Numbered from the stretch's first letter, positions 30,675 through 41,492 are shown. The stretch: DNA of 64,000 nt from an uncultured Chitinophagaceae bacterium (GCA_964642725.1 CAZXQG010000005.1:16597-80596), one strand, 5' to 3'. Numbers and translations are program-made. The notes: generated from the letters alone by a model not told the origin.

Positions 30675-31241
30675 ATGAAAGGCATGCGGACGTTCATTGG
30701 CATTTTCCCCCCTCCCCACATTCAATCGGCTATAGCAGAAATTCAATCGTCGCTCAAAATCGACGATTCCGGAATTCGCTGGGAAGATCAAAAAAAATTT
30801 CACGTAACAATGAAGTTTTTAGGCAACGTGCCGCAGGATCAACTTCATCAGCTTTACATTGTATTGGAACGGAAGAGCCAATCAATCAGCCGGTTCGAAA
30901 TAACTCTGACAAATGCCGGTTGTTTTCCTACCGCGCGGGCTCCAAAGACAGTGTGGATCGGCTCTTGGATGGATCAAAACATCCTGCTTCAAGACTGTTT
31001 CACGGCTGTCGAAAATGCGTGCGCCTCTGCCGGCTTCAAGAAGGAAGAACGCCGGTTCCATCCCCATATAACGCTCGGCAGGGTAAAAGGAAAAATTTCT
31101 GAAAACTTGATTAAGAAGATTGAAAATACTACCTTTGAACCATTACAATTCCTCTGTACCGAGTTGCTCATCATGAAAAGCGACCTCTCCCCCTCGGGTT
31201 CAGCATATTCACAACTATCCAGTATTCCATTGAAACAATAG
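30675..31241 (+). CDS. thpR: RNA 2',3'-cyclic phosphodiesterase (ThpR/LigT, 2H family)
   Basis: Two HxT/S motifs ([16 protein letters not shown]). Confidence 0.8.
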   Translation: MKGMRTFIGIFPPPHIQSAIAEIQSSLKIDDSGIRWEDQKKFHVTMKFLGNVPQDQLHQLYIVLERKSQSISRFEITLTNAGCFPTARAPKTVWIGSWMDQNILLQDCFTAVENACASAGFKKEERRFHPHITLGRVKGKISENLIKKIENTTFEPLQFLCTELLIMKSDLSPSGSAYSQLSSIPLKQ

Positions 31242-31249
31242 GAGCTTTT

Positions 31250-32329
31250 ATGTCCGAAGAAAAAGAGTCGAAGATCCAGGCGTTGAAAGTCGCCATCGAT
31301 CAAATTGAAAAGCAGCACGGCAAAGGATCGATCATGAAACTGGGCGAAGGGCCCATCGTGAAGATTGATTTCATTCCGACCGGCTCGATTTCGCTTGATG
31401 CTGCGCTGGGCATCGGCGGAATTCCCCGCGGGAGAGTAACCGAAATTTACGGACCGGAATCGTCCGGTAAGACGACGCTCTGCCTTCACATCATCGCAGA
31501 AGCGCAAAAGACGGGCGGGCTCGCAGCGTTCATCGATGCCGAACACGCGCTCGACACGGCGTACGCAAAGCGCCTCGGCGTCGATACAAATAATTTATTG
31601 TTGTCGCAGCCCGAGTTTGGCGAGCAGGCTCTTGAGATCGTCGAAACGCTCGTCCGAAGCGGCGCGTTGGATGTCGTTGTCATCGATTCTGTCGCAGCGT
31701 TAACGCCGCGCGCGGAGATCGAAGGAGAAATGGGCGACCCCTCAATGGGCGTGCAGGCACGCTTAATGTCCCAGGCGCTAAGGAAACTGACTGCAGCCAT
31801 CAGCAAATCGAAAACATCCGTCATTTTCACCAACCAGCTCAGGATGAAGATTGGCATTATGTTTGGAAACCCTGAAACGACAACCGGCGGCAATGCATTG
31901 AAGTTTTACGCATCGGTTCGGCTCGACGTGAGGCGCATCGAAGCGCTGAAAGACGGCACAAACGTTATCGGCAACAGGACAAAAGTAAAAGTCGTAAAAA
32001 ATAAAGTTGCCCCGCCATTCCGAGAGGCACAGTTTGATATTCTGTACAACGAAGGAATCTCAAAACTCGGAGATTTGATCGATATCGCCGTCGAGCACAA
32101 CATCATCGTAAAAAGCGGGTCATGGTTCTCCTATAAAGAAGACCGCATCGGGCAGGGACGCGATGCCGTAAAGGCGTACCTGACAGCGTCTCCAAAAATC
32201 GCCGAGGAAATTTTTATTGCTGTCCGTAAAAAATTGGGAATGATTCCAGACACCGATACGGCAGCGCCGGCGAAGCAGGCTCCGGCAAAACAAGCCGAGC
32301 AGGCATCCCCGAAAAAGGCAGCGAAATAG
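31250..32329 (+). CDS. recA: Recombinase RecA
   Basis: Walker [10 protein letters not shown]; full conserved RecA core. Confidence 0.95.
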   Translation: MSEEKESKIQALKVAIDQIEKQHGKGSIMKLGEGPIVKIDFIPTGSISLDAALGIGGIPRGRVTEIYGPESSGKTTLCLHIIAEAQKTGGLAAFIDAEHALDTAYAKRLGVDTNNLLLSQPEFGEQALEIVETLVRSGALDVVVIDSVAALTPRAEIEGEMGDPSMGVQARLMSQALRKLTAAISKSKTSVIFTNQLRMKIGIMFGNPETTTGGNALKFYASVRLDVRRIEALKDGTNVIGNRTKVKVVKNKVAPPFREAQFDILYNEGISKLGDLIDIAVEHNIIVKSGSWFSYKEDRIGQGRDAVKAYLTASPKIAEEIFIAVRKKLGMIPDTDTAAPAKQAPAKQAEQASPKKAAK

Positions 32330-32345
32330 AATCCGTCGAAGCGCG

Positions 32346-32984
32346 ATGCGCATTACGAAAATACAGCGGCAAAAGAAACGAGCGTCGCGGAAGTCGGTGT
32401 TTATCGACGGGAGTTTTGCTTTTGGCGTCAGCGATGATGTGCTTCTTAAATTTGCACTGCACGAAGGGGCTGAACTCGATCAGGGGACAATAGACCAAAT
32501 TCTTGAAACCGAGGACGAAGAGACGGCAAAGCAGAAAACACTTCGGTTTCTCTCCATCCGGCCTCGCAGCAAGAAAGAGATCCGTGACTATTTGTTCAGA
32601 AAAGAATTCTCGGCCGACATCGCAGAAAAAGTCGTCCGGCGGTTAGAAGCACTGAACATGCTCGACGACCTCGCATTCGCGCGCATGGTTTGCCGGGATG
32701 CCATAGCGAAAAAACCGGCTGGTGCGAAATTACTCCGGCAGGGACTAATGAAAAAAGGCGTTCCCGGTCCGATCATAGAATCCGTCCTTCCCGAATTTTC
32801 GACGCCCGAGTTGGAACTCCAAATGGCGCTTAAAGCGGCAGAACGCCAAAGCGTGCGGATCGGACGTTCATCAAAGCAACTCGACAGCGATCATTTTAGA
32901 AAGAAGATAGTCGACTATTTAATACGACGCGGCTTTACATTTGACACTGCATTGAGCGCGACCAGACAACTCCTTTCGAAATAG
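32346..32984 (+). CDS. recX: RecA regulator RecX
   Basis: Three-repeat helical RecX pattern, directly downstream of recA. Confidence 0.8.
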   Translation: MRITKIQRQKKRASRKSVFIDGSFAFGVSDDVLLKFALHEGAELDQGTIDQILETEDEETAKQKTLRFLSIRPRSKKEIRDYLFRKEFSADIAEKVVRRLEALNMLDDLAFARMVCRDAIAKKPAGAKLLRQGLMKKGVPGPIIESVLPEFSTPELELQMALKAAERQSVRIGRSSKQLDSDHFRKKIVDYLIRRGFTFDTALSATRQLLSK

Positions 32985-32986
32985 TT

Positions 32987-34033
32987 ATGCACAAATTCTT
33001 TAGAAGCCGGCACTGGAAAGTTTTTCTCGTTACGTTCGGTATCACCGGATCGATTTTTGCTCTTTCCCTTCTTGGCCAAGTGTTCCTCCTGCTCACGATG
33101 TCGTTTATACTGACGATGGTCCTGAAACCGCTCGTCGATTACCTGGAGAACAACGGAATTCCGAGACCGGCAGGAATTCTTGCAATGTATGTCATCATCG
33201 GCGGAATTCTTGTCTTTGCATTGATCAACGTCTATCCAATTGTTATTCTTCAATTATCAAGCCTCTCTTCGTTGATGAACAGCGAGCATCTTTCGGCATT
33301 GCTGAAACAGATGGCTGCCTCAATCTCGGATAAAATCCCTTTTATCAAAGCAGACATTATTCTCAAGAAGCTGAATACTCTCCTTCCCGAATTAGCCAAA
33401 ACGGCGGAAGATTCCCTGACAAGCGCTCTCAGTCTTGTTGCATCCTTCATTATTGTCCCGTTCATCACATTCTTTCTGCTTAACGATTATTATAAAATGC
33501 AGAAGGCGTTGATTGAAAACGTCCCCAATAAATATTTTGAGATGGCGTTGAACGTCGTTCACACGCTCGATCGTCAAATCAGCAAGTACATTCGCGGCGT
33601 CTGTATCGATTCGCTTGCAGTGGCAATTCTATACATCATCGCATATTACATTATCGGTGTTCAATACGCGACCCTGCTCGGACTGGTAGGTGGAATTGCA
33701 AATATCATCCCGTTGGCAGGGCCTGTTATCGGCGCGATTCCAGTCATGATTGTGTCAATTATTCAATTCGGCGATTTTCGAATGATCATACCGATCGTGA
33801 TTTCAACCGTCGTCGTGCGGCAGCTGGACGATATTTTCGTCCAACCGAACCTCTACGGCAGGCTACTCAACATGCATCCGTTGACGATTCTTATCGTCAT
33901 TCTCTTAGGAGGCGAAATGCTGGGGATTCTGGGAATGGTGCTGGCAATTCCGGTTTACACGGTTATTACGGTAACAGCACGTGAAACAAACTGGGGACTC
34001 AAAAACTATCGGATCACGGAGTCCAATGGATAA
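32987..34033 (+). CDS. AI-2E family transporter (PerM/UPF0118), paralog 1
   Basis: About 8 TM helices. Family blocks FIIVPFITFFLLNDY and GGEMLGILGMVLAIPV. Confidence 0.75.
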   Translation: MHKFFRSRHWKVFLVTFGITGSIFALSLLGQVFLLLTMSFILTMVLKPLVDYLENNGIPRPAGILAMYVIIGGILVFALINVYPIVILQLSSLSSLMNSEHLSALLKQMAASISDKIPFIKADIILKKLNTLLPELAKTAEDSLTSALSLVASFIIVPFITFFLLNDYYKMQKALIENVPNKYFEMALNVVHTLDRQISKYIRGVCIDSLAVAILYIIAYYIIGVQYATLLGLVGGIANIIPLAGPVIGAIPVMIVSIIQFGDFRMIIPIVISTVVVRQLDDIFVQPNLYGRLLNMHPLTILIVILLGGEMLGILGMVLAIPVYTVITVTARETNWGLKNYRITESNG

Positions 34034-35066
34034 TTTTTTTACAAGCCGGTATTGGAAAGTATTTGTCGTTACTTTCGCCATCGCTGCGCCGATATTTATC
34101 CTCTCGCTGTTCGGAGAAATTTTTCTTCTCCTTGTGCTGTCGCTTGCCATGACGATGATCCTGAAACCCCTTGTTGATTTCTTTGAAAAAAAAGGTTTAC
34201 CCCGGGCCGTCGGAATACTTGTCCTCTATCTTGTTATCGGTTCTCTATCGTTCGGCGGCTTCCTGACGGTATATCCCGTTATCGTGCGTCAGATTACAAA
34301 TATTGCAGTGTTCGTAACAGGAGACCGCCTCAACCTTGTGTTAAACCAGCTCAGTTCATCGATAACAGGGAGTCTCCCTTTTCTCAAATCAAGCGATTTA
34401 ATGACAAAAATTGAGACAACGCTCCCTGTCCTTGCAACCAAGGCCGAAGGCGCAATGACAAGCGCACTCGGCATAGCCGGATCGTTCATCATTGTCCCGT
34501 TCATAACCTTCTTCTTGCTGAACGACTATGACCGAATGCAGAAAGCGTTCATCGAAAACATACCGAACAAATATTTCGAAATGTCGCTGAATGTGATCTA
34601 TAAACTCGAACAACAACTCGGCAAGTACATCAGGGGAGTGTGCATCGAATTGATGTCCGTAGCACTCCTCTACATCGGCGCATATTCGATCCTTGGGTTT
34701 CGATACGCCATAATTTTTGGCATGGTGTGCGGATTCTCGAATATTATTCCGATGGCCGGCCCATTGATCGCCGCGGTACCAATCATCGTCGCCTCGCTGA
34801 TTCAGTTTGGCGACTTTCGCATGCTGCTTCCGATCGTTCTCACGACATTCGTCGTTCAGCAAATCGACCAAATGTTTATCCAGCCGAACGTGTACGGGAA
34901 AATCCTGGATATGCATCCTTTGACTATCGTGCTTACCATCCTTATCGGCAGCGAGTTGCTCGGAATACTCGGGATGGTGCTTGCAATTCCGATCTTCACC
35001 GTTATCAAAGTTACTGCTCGAGAAACTAACTGGGGGTTAAAACATTATAGGATCACACGCTCATGA
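34026..35066 (+). CDS. AI-2E family transporter, paralog 2 (tandem duplicate)
   Basis: About 50-55% identical to paralog 1 throughout (MDNFFTSRYWKVFVVTF vs MHKFFRSRHWKVFLVTF). Start at MDNFF, overlapping paralog 1 by 8 nt. Confidence 0.75.
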   Translation: MDNFFTSRYWKVFVVTFAIAAPIFILSLFGEIFLLLVLSLAMTMILKPLVDFFEKKGLPRAVGILVLYLVIGSLSFGGFLTVYPVIVRQITNIAVFVTGDRLNLVLNQLSSSITGSLPFLKSSDLMTKIETTLPVLATKAEGAMTSALGIAGSFIIVPFITFFLLNDYDRMQKAFIENIPNKYFEMSLNVIYKLEQQLGKYIRGVCIELMSVALLYIGAYSILGFRYAIIFGMVCGFSNIIPMAGPLIAAVPIIVASLIQFGDFRMLLPIVLTTFVVQQIDQMFIQPNVYGKILDMHPLTIVLTILIGSELLGILGMVLAIPIFTVIKVTARETNWGLKHYRITRS

Positions 35067-35746
35067 CACGCGTCGTCTTTGATATCGAAACGCTTGCCCT
35101 CCCGCTCGATTCGTTCGACCAACCGACGCGGGAATATCTTTTTAAGTTCGCCGACACGGAGGAAAAAATTGAAGAAGCAAAACAGAACTTGAACCTTCAC
35201 GCGCTCACTTCTCAGATTGTGGCAATTGCTCTTTTGAATCCGGATACAAACATGGGGAAAGTGCTCTTTCAATCGGATTCAAAAGAAGAGTTCACCGCTG
35301 CGGACGGCCTTGTGCAATACAAATCCGGATCGGAAAAAGAAATCCTCGAAGCGTTCTGGAAACTGATTGCATCATACCACCAATTCATTACCTTCAACGG
35401 CCGGGGATTCGATTGTCCCTTCCTGATGGTCCGATCGGCGCTCTTAAACGTCCAGCCGACACGAAACCTTGTTCCCTACCGGTACGATGCGAGTCAGCAC
35501 TGCGACCTTTTGGAACAGCTCACGTACTACAATACTACGCGCAGATTCAGCCTTGATTTTTATTGCAAATCGTTCGGCATCGACAGTCCGAAAGCTCACG
35601 GGATCACCGGGCTTGATATGGGAAAGCTGGTCGAAGAAAAGCGATTTCATGACATTGCTGAGTATTGCCTCGGCGACGCCCGGGCAACAGCGGAGTTGTT
35701 CAGACGATGGAGTCAATACCTCGACTTTAGCAAAAATAGTTCTTGA
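35063..35746 (+). CDS. Predicted 3'-5' exonuclease, RNase H-like DEDDy fold related to the PolB exonuclease domain
   Basis: Exo I VFDIETL, Exo II FNGRGFDCPFL, Exo III YCLGDARAT. ATGA start/stop overlap with the upstream transporter gene. Confidence 0.6.
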   Translation: MTRVVFDIETLALPLDSFDQPTREYLFKFADTEEKIEEAKQNLNLHALTSQIVAIALLNPDTNMGKVLFQSDSKEEFTAADGLVQYKSGSEKEILEAFWKLIASYHQFITFNGRGFDCPFLMVRSALLNVQPTRNLVPYRYDASQHCDLLEQLTYYNTTRRFSLDFYCKSFGIDSPKAHGITGLDMGKLVEEKRFHDIAEYCLGDARATAELFRRWSQYLDFSKNSS

Positions 35747-35801
35747 CAGGAGCAACTTTTTTTGTTAGTTTTACGTATCAAACTTAGTTGATGGATAAAG
35801 T

Positions 35802-36146
35802 ATGGTCGAAGTAACCACAGCACTTAAAGCGTTGTCAGAAGAAATTCGAATCAGGCTGCTCCTCGTACTATTACATGAGGAAGCGTGCGTCTGCGAACTC
35901 ATGGCAACGTTTAATATGGCTCAGTCAAAGCTCTCTCATCATTTGATTGCTCTTCGCGATGCTGGATTCATCAAAGATGAAAAAAGAGGAAAATGGAATT
36001 ACTATCGGATCGATACGAACAGCCTCGACCCGATGAAAAAAGAACTTCTCTCTTCACTCACTGGCTGGGTTGACGATGATTCGATCATTGAGAAAGATCG
36101 ATTGACGCTCGAAAAAGTAAAGAACAAAATGCAGATCTGCTGCTAA
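35802..36146 (+). CDS. arsR: ArsR/SmtB-family metalloregulator
   Basis: HTH with metal-binding Cys pair (ACVCELM) and the LSHHL recognition helix. Confidence 0.8.
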   Translation: MVEVTTALKALSEEIRIRLLLVLLHEEACVCELMATFNMAQSKLSHHLIALRDAGFIKDEKRGKWNYYRIDTNSLDPMKKELLSSLTGWVDDDSIIEKDRLTLEKVKNKMQICC

Positions 36147-36194
36147 TTTTTTTGAATTAACATATCAACAATAATTGATGAAAGGATTTTCCTC

Positions 36195-36974
36195 ATGAAT
36201 ACCGACCTGGAAATTAAAGAAAACGTTAAGGAGAAGTATTCACAGATAGCAAAGGGCCAGATTTCTGTTATTGCCACGAAAACTTCCTCCTGCGGTTCGG
36301 GGCAGAGTTCTTGCTGCGGAACCGGCTCCGAATCCCTGGTGCAGATGTCGTTGGACTACCATCCAGAGGATCTTTCAAACTTGCCGGAAGGGGCTGACTT
36401 GGGGCTTGGCTGCGGTGTTCCGACTGCGTTTGCTGATTTGAAAGAGGGGTATACGGTTCTTGACCTCGGTTCCGGCGCCGGCATTGATGTATTCATCGCG
36501 GCCCGGCATGTTGGCATTACTGGAAAGGCCATCGGCGTCGATATGACAGAGGCAATGATCGATAAGGCAAAAATCAACGCGAAGAAAATCAATGCAACAA
36601 ACGTCGAATTCCGGCTCGGCGAAATCGAGGCATTGCCGGTTGAAAACGCTTCTGTTGACCGCGTCATCAGTAACTGCGTGATCAATCTTGTGCCAAACAA
36701 GGAGAACGCATTCCGGGAAATCTATCGCGTCCTGAAACCGGGAGGCAAATTCACCGTGTCCGATATCGTTGTTGATGGCGCCATTTCCGTGGAAGAAAGA
36801 AACAACGCCGCATTGTGGGCAGGATGTATCAGCGGGGCGATCGACAGAAACGAATACATCGCGATCATTAAAAACGCGGGTTTCAAGAATGTTGACATCG
36901 TCTCTGAAAAACATTACGATTACAAGCTCGACAATGCGCGTTTGAATTCGATAACCATTTCCGGGACAAAATGA
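36195..36974 (+). CDS. arsM: Arsenite S-adenosylmethionine methyltransferase
   Basis: SAM-MT motif VLDLGSGAGID; conserved ArsM cysteines (SSCCG…, GCGVP). Confidence 0.8.
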   Translation: MNTDLEIKENVKEKYSQIAKGQISVIATKTSSCGSGQSSCCGTGSESLVQMSLDYHPEDLSNLPEGADLGLGCGVPTAFADLKEGYTVLDLGSGAGIDVFIAARHVGITGKAIGVDMTEAMIDKAKINAKKINATNVEFRLGEIEALPVENASVDRVISNCVINLVPNKENAFREIYRVLKPGGKFTVSDIVVDGAISVEERNNAALWAGCISGAIDRNEYIAIIKNAGFKNVDIVSEKHYDYKLDNARLNSITISGTK

Positions 36975-37402
36975 AACCGAAGATTCTCATTCTCTGCACT
37001 GGCAATTCCTGCCGAAGTCAAATGGCCGAGGGATTTCTGAAGTCATTGGATCCTTCACTTCATGTCTTTTCAGCGGGAACCAACCCCGCGGCGCGCGTCC
37101 ATCCGCTCGCCTCAAAAGTGATGAAAGAAGTCGGTATAGACATCGGCGGCAATAAACCAAAGGATGTCGAGGAGTTTATCAACGATTCTTTCGATTACGT
37201 AATTACAGTTTGCGATAATGCGAAAGAAACATGCCCTGTCTTCATTGGAAAGGTTCATCATAGATTACATATGGGATTCGACGATCCTGCTGAAGCCGTC
37301 GGAACGGAAGAAGAAGTTGCGGCTGTGTTCCGGCGTGTTCGTGATGAAATAAGAAAAACGTTCACCAGATTCAATGAACAGAAGATCACAAAGGCATCAT
37401 AG
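36971..37402 (+). CDS. arsC: Arsenate reductase, LMW-PTP family (thioredoxin-coupled ArsC)
   Basis: P-loop CTGNSCRSQMAEG plus downstream Cys residues (TVCDNAKETCP). Confidence 0.8.
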   Translation: MKPKILILCTGNSCRSQMAEGFLKSLDPSLHVFSAGTNPAARVHPLASKVMKEVGIDIGGNKPKDVEEFINDSFDYVITVCDNAKETCPVFIGKVHHRLHMGFDDPAEAVGTEEEVAAVFRRVRDEIRKTFTRFNEQKITKAS

Positions 37403-37499
37403 AGCAATTTGACAATCCATCATTAACAACATTAACAACGGAAGGCCCTTTGGGAAAGAAACAATTCTGTTTGCTTGCGTCCACATAGGATAAGAACTC

Positions 37500-38537
37500 A
37501 TGGACAACATACGCAAGCAACTCTCACTGATTGATCGATACCTGACGCTTTGGATTTTTCTAGCCATGGGCTTAGGTGTCGGGCTTGGATCATCGTTGCC
37601 CCGCATAGCGGATTTCTGGGACTCGTTAAGCTCCGGAACAACAAACATTCCGATCGCTATCGGGCTCATCCTGATGATGTATCCGCCCCTGGCGAAAGTA
37701 AAGTACGAAGAACTCGGCGATGTGTTCAAGAATAGAAAAGTGCTTCTCCTCTCGCTTATTCAAAATTGGCTCGTCGGCCCGGTGTTAATGTTTCTTCTCG
37801 CAATAATATTTCTGCATGGATATCCAGAATTCATGGCCGGACTGATCATAATTGGCCTGGCTCGCTGCATTGCCATGGTCATTGTATGGAACGAACTCGC
37901 TCAAGGCGATACGGAATACGCTGCAGGCCTTGTCGCGTTCAATTCGATCTTTCAAGTTCTTTTCTTCCCTCTGTATGCCTACTTGTTTCTGACGATCTTC
38001 CCTTCGTGGTTTGGGCTGCAGACATTCGTCGTCAATATCACCATCACCCAAATTGCAAAGAGTGTTTTCATCTATCTCGGCATTCCATTCTTAGCCGGAA
38101 TGATCACGCGATTCATACTGCTGAAACTGAAAAGTAAAGAGTGGTATCAAGAAACATTCATACCGAGAATTTCTCCCATCACGCTTATCGCTCTTTTGTT
38201 CACGATCGTTGTGATGTTCTCTCTCAAAGGAGAATACATACTTAAAATTCCGCTTGACGTTGTTCGCATTGCGATCCCCCTTATTGTCTATTTCGTCACA
38301 ATGTTCGGCATTTCATTCTATCTTGGGAGAAAGAGCGGGGCGGGATACGCAAAGTCAGCGACGCTATCTTTCACAGCAGCAAGTAATAATTTTGAATTAG
38401 CGATCGCTGTTTCTATTGCCGTATTTGGAATTCATTCCGGTGTGGCATTTGCAGCGGTGATTGGTCCCTTGGTTGAAGTGCCGGTGTTGATATCGCTTGT
38501 AAACGTGTCGTTGAGATTGAAGAAGAAATATTATTAA
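37500..38537 (+). CDS. acr3: Arsenite efflux permease ACR3
   Basis: 10-TM BART-superfamily pattern. The conserved Cys falls in GLARCIAMV (C in TM4). Confidence 0.8.
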   Translation: MDNIRKQLSLIDRYLTLWIFLAMGLGVGLGSSLPRIADFWDSLSSGTTNIPIAIGLILMMYPPLAKVKYEELGDVFKNRKVLLLSLIQNWLVGPVLMFLLAIIFLHGYPEFMAGLIIIGLARCIAMVIVWNELAQGDTEYAAGLVAFNSIFQVLFFPLYAYLFLTIFPSWFGLQTFVVNITITQIAKSVFIYLGIPFLAGMITRFILLKLKSKEWYQETFIPRISPITLIALLFTIVVMFSLKGEYILKIPLDVVRIAIPLIVYFVTMFGISFYLGRKSGAGYAKSATLSFTAASNNFELAIAVSIAVFGIHSGVAFAAVIGPLVEVPVLISLVNVSLRLKKKYY

Positions 38538-38679
38538 CATGACAATTGTCCACTCGCACACTCAGTCTTCTCTTCTGCGGTAAGCTGCATGCCTTCGCAG
38601 TATGGCAATTCTTCCCTTTCACTCTGTGCAATCTTAATAACCAGGATGATACAATAAGAAAAATTCATAAACTCTCAAA

Positions 38680-38718
38680 CAAAAAAGCCTCTCATAGACT
38701 GAGAGGCTTTTTGTTTTG
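38680..38718. terminator. Bidirectional intrinsic terminator between acr3 and bioY
   Basis: aaaaaagcctctc-atagact-gagaggcttttt: flanking A-run and T-run. Confidence 0.7.
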
Positions 38719-38731
38719 CCAAAGAGCTTTT

Positions 38732-39319
38732 CTATGCAGGGAGCTTCCTATATCGTCTCGCAAACTCATTGTAGATCGCTGCTGCTGCTGAAAGCTTCAA
38801 CAAATCCCACCATGAAAAAATCAAAAATCCGCTGACAAGCGACTCCTCAAAATTATGGAGGTAAAAAAGATTCAGAAATGTTGCCCCGCTCGCAAAAACT
38901 ACAACAAGTCCTAAGAACATTACTGCGAAAGTCCACAAATATCCGGAACGGATTTGAATAAGATGTCCCACCAAGAGCGCCGCGATCGGGAAACTGAGCA
39001 GGTATCCTCCCGACGGCCCAATCATTCGCGCGAAGCCAAAACTGCCGCCAAAAAAAACAGGCGCGCCGGCCATTCCAATGCCCAAGTACAACAGTTGGCT
39101 CAACGATCCGTTGCGGCCTCCCAGGAATGCAGCTCCCAGCAGAACAAAAAATGTTTGCAACGTATATGGAACAGGTTGATGGGGAATCTCAGCTTGCGCT
39201 CCAAGAGCAGTCAGCGCAGCAAATACTACAATCCACACAGCCTGAACGAGGATGGTTGATTTTTCTCCCGTCAACGGCAATACCGTCGCACGTTGGAAAA
39301 ATGGACCTGTTGTTTCCAT
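38732..39319 (-). CDS. bioY: Biotin transporter BioY
   Basis: BioY pattern (TLQTFFVLLGAAFLGGRNGSLSQLLYL…GPSGGYLLSFP). Confidence 0.7.
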   Translation of the reverse strand: METTGPFFQRATVLPLTGEKSTILVQAVWIVVFAALTALGAQAEIPHQPVPYTLQTFFVLLGAAFLGGRNGSLSQLLYLGIGMAGAPVFFGGSFGFARMIGPSGGYLLSFPIAALLVGHLIQIRSGYLWTFAVMFLGLVVVFASGATFLNLFYLHNFEESLVSGFLIFSWWDLLKLSAAAAIYNEFARRYRKLPA

Positions 39320-39336
39320 CATGTCTCCTACTATTA

Positions 39337-40197
39337 TCACAAATGTTTATGAAACCAGGCGGAAGTTAATTCGAGAACTCGATTCATGGCCGGAGCCGGT
39401 TTTGTATACGGATGCCGCGCTCCATACATATGGCCAATTCCATCCAGAAGGATGAGATCAGTCAGCGTCTTATCTGAAACATCGTAGAGGCTTTTTACTT
39501 CTTCAATCGGAACCGGAATGTCGTTGGTTCCATGGATCAAAAGCAGCGGTTTCCTCAGATCGTGCACTGCCTGCTTTATATTTAGTCTCTCCCCATTTTT
39601 CTCAAGATCGTCGAGCAAGTCCGTCCGTAATCTGAACAAACTCTCTGGGTTAATGGACGGAAGTCCGACATACCCTTTTTCCCGCCACCGCTTTCGCTGT
39701 CCTTCTGTATACCGGTTAAAATACGAAACCGTCGACCATCCCGCAACGGCTTTGATTCTCTCATCTTCTTGAGCTTTGATGATCGCAATTCCGCCGCCCC
39801 GGGAATGGCCTGCAATTCCGATCTTCGATTTGTCGATAATTGGACAATCAATTCGCCCCGTCGAAATTCCGTCCAGAATTGCTGCAACATCATCCAGCTC
39901 AAGGCTGAATGTATTGATTGAAAACTTTTCCCGTTCCGAAAACTTCCTGAAATTTTTCCCGATGCCATTATGAGAGAAATTGAAAACGATGGAGACAAAA
40001 CCGGCTTCGGCAAAATACCGGCCTATCGCAGGAAACGGCCCCCAATCTTTGAACGCTTTGAAGCCGTGGCAAACGATGACAACGGCCAATTTTCCGCCTG
40101 CAGTTTCCGGCGCCTCTTTTCTCCACCTGATGTCCCCGTACAATTCAACTTCCGAGGACGTTGAAATTTGGAATACACGTTCAATGATTTCATCCAT
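39337..40197 (-). CDS. Alpha/beta-hydrolase family esterase
   Basis: Nucleophile elbow GHSRGG; catalytic Asp/His region (HGTNDIPV…GHM). Confidence 0.6.
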   Translation of the reverse strand: MDEIIERVFQISTSSEVELYGDIRWRKEAPETAGGKLAVVIVCHGFKAFKDWGPFPAIGRYFAEAGFVSIVFNFSHNGIGKNFRKFSEREKFSINTFSLELDDVAAILDGISTGRIDCPIIDKSKIGIAGHSRGGGIAIIKAQEDERIKAVAGWSTVSYFNRYTEGQRKRWREKGYVGLPSINPESLFRLRTDLLDDLEKNGERLNIKQAVHDLRKPLLLIHGTNDIPVPIEEVKSLYDVSDKTLTDLILLDGIGHMYGARHPYTKPAPAMNRVLELTSAWFHKHL

Positions 40198-40383
40198 AGA
40201 AAACCACTAAGAAAATAGCCAACAGTCGAGTGAATGTCAAGAAAGGGATCCTTGAGCGGCCCCTCTTGTGCAGGCTTCAGCGATGCATTAGTTTCATGAT
40301 CAAAGCTCAAACACTATCGCGATGTGTATTTACAATATGCCTAGGGTCATGGTACCGCTCAAAATCTCCCCTTCAAAAAATTA

Positions 40384-40412
40384 TTGACTCTTTTCGCGGT
40401 ATTGCTTATATT
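40384..40412 (+). promoter_or_regulatory. Sigma70-type promoter for prs (TTGACT-17-TATATT)
   Basis: Seen in sequence; leaves a ~100-nt leader before the prs ATG. Confidence 0.4.
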
Positions 40413-40517
40413 TATAGGCTTAAAAGAAATGCTATTGAGAGTCTCCCGCCGTTGCGGGGCCAAGAAACCGGCCAGCTGAGCCGATACTCCAGTTCGTTCT
40501 TACGAAGTGAACCTCTC

Positions 40518-41471
40518 ATGTATCGATTAAGAGTTTTTTCCGGCAGGGCAAACCCCCAGTTGGCAGAACAGATTTCGAAAAATCTGGGCGAGGAATTGGG
40601 CAAACTGGATATTCGGAACTTTAGCGACGGCGAACTTTGGGTCAAGTTCATTGACAATGTCCGCGGTGCCGACGTCTACATCATACAGCCGACGAATCCG
40701 CCCGGGGACAATTTAATGGAGCTTTTGCTGACGATCGACGCTGCGAAACGCGCCTCCGCGCGAAAGGTGACGGCCGTTATCCCGTATTTTGGCTACGCAC
40801 GTCAGGATCGTAAGGATCAGCCGCGTGTGGCGATCACGGCAAAGCTCGTTGCTAATTTGTTGACGGAAGCAGGCGCCGACAGAATTATTACTATGGATTT
40901 GCATGCGCCGCAGATCCAGGGATTCTTTGATATACCCGTTGACCATTTATATTCCTCCGTGGTCTTTGTTGATTACTATCGGAAGAAAAAGATTCCCGAT
41001 TTGACCGTCGTGTCCCCCGATGTGGGCGGAATCAAAATGGCCCGGGCATATGCAAAAAGGCTGGAAGCCGACTTGGTGTTGATCGATAAGCGCCGGCCGG
41101 CCCCAAACGAAGTTGAAGTCATGAACATCGTAGGCGAGGTCAAAGGAAGAAACGTCCTTATCGTTGACGATTTGATTGATACCGCAGGAACATTTACCAG
41201 CGCAGTCAAGACCCTGAAGGATGCCGGTGCAAAGGATGTGTACGGAGCGTGTACACACCCGATCCTTTCAGGAAAGGCAATGGATCGCATTAACGGCTCC
41301 CAAATTTCCAAATTGCTCGTGACGGACACTATTCAGCTGAAGCAATCATCTTCGAGAATCGAAGTCATGTCCGTCGCAAAGATTTTTGCCGAAGCCATTC
41401 ATCGCTCCTTCGACAACAAATCCATCAGTTCGCTTTTTGACGTTGATAAAGATAAAACCCAGGACGATTAG
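40518..41471 (+). CDS. prs: Ribose-phosphate pyrophosphokinase
   Basis: PRPP-binding motif VLIVDDLIDTAGT. Start at MYRLRVF; the 96-codon upstream extension of the ORF is non-coding. Confidence 0.9.
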   Translation: MYRLRVFSGRANPQLAEQISKNLGEELGKLDIRNFSDGELWVKFIDNVRGADVYIIQPTNPPGDNLMELLLTIDAAKRASARKVTAVIPYFGYARQDRKDQPRVAITAKLVANLLTEAGADRIITMDLHAPQIQGFFDIPVDHLYSSVVFVDYYRKKKIPDLTVVSPDVGGIKMARAYAKRLEADLVLIDKRRPAPNEVEVMNIVGEVKGRNVLIVDDLIDTAGTFTSAVKTLKDAGAKDVYGACTHPILSGKAMDRINGSQISKLLVTDTIQLKQSSSRIEVMSVAKIFAEAIHRSFDNKSISSLFDVDKDKTQDD

Positions 41472-41492
41472 TTTTTCTAAAAGGAGTAAGAT

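Noticed and set aside
40230-40517. 96-codon N-terminal extension of the prs ORF
   Set aside because: No homology, and it contains the prs promoter. Prs homology starts at MYRLRVF.
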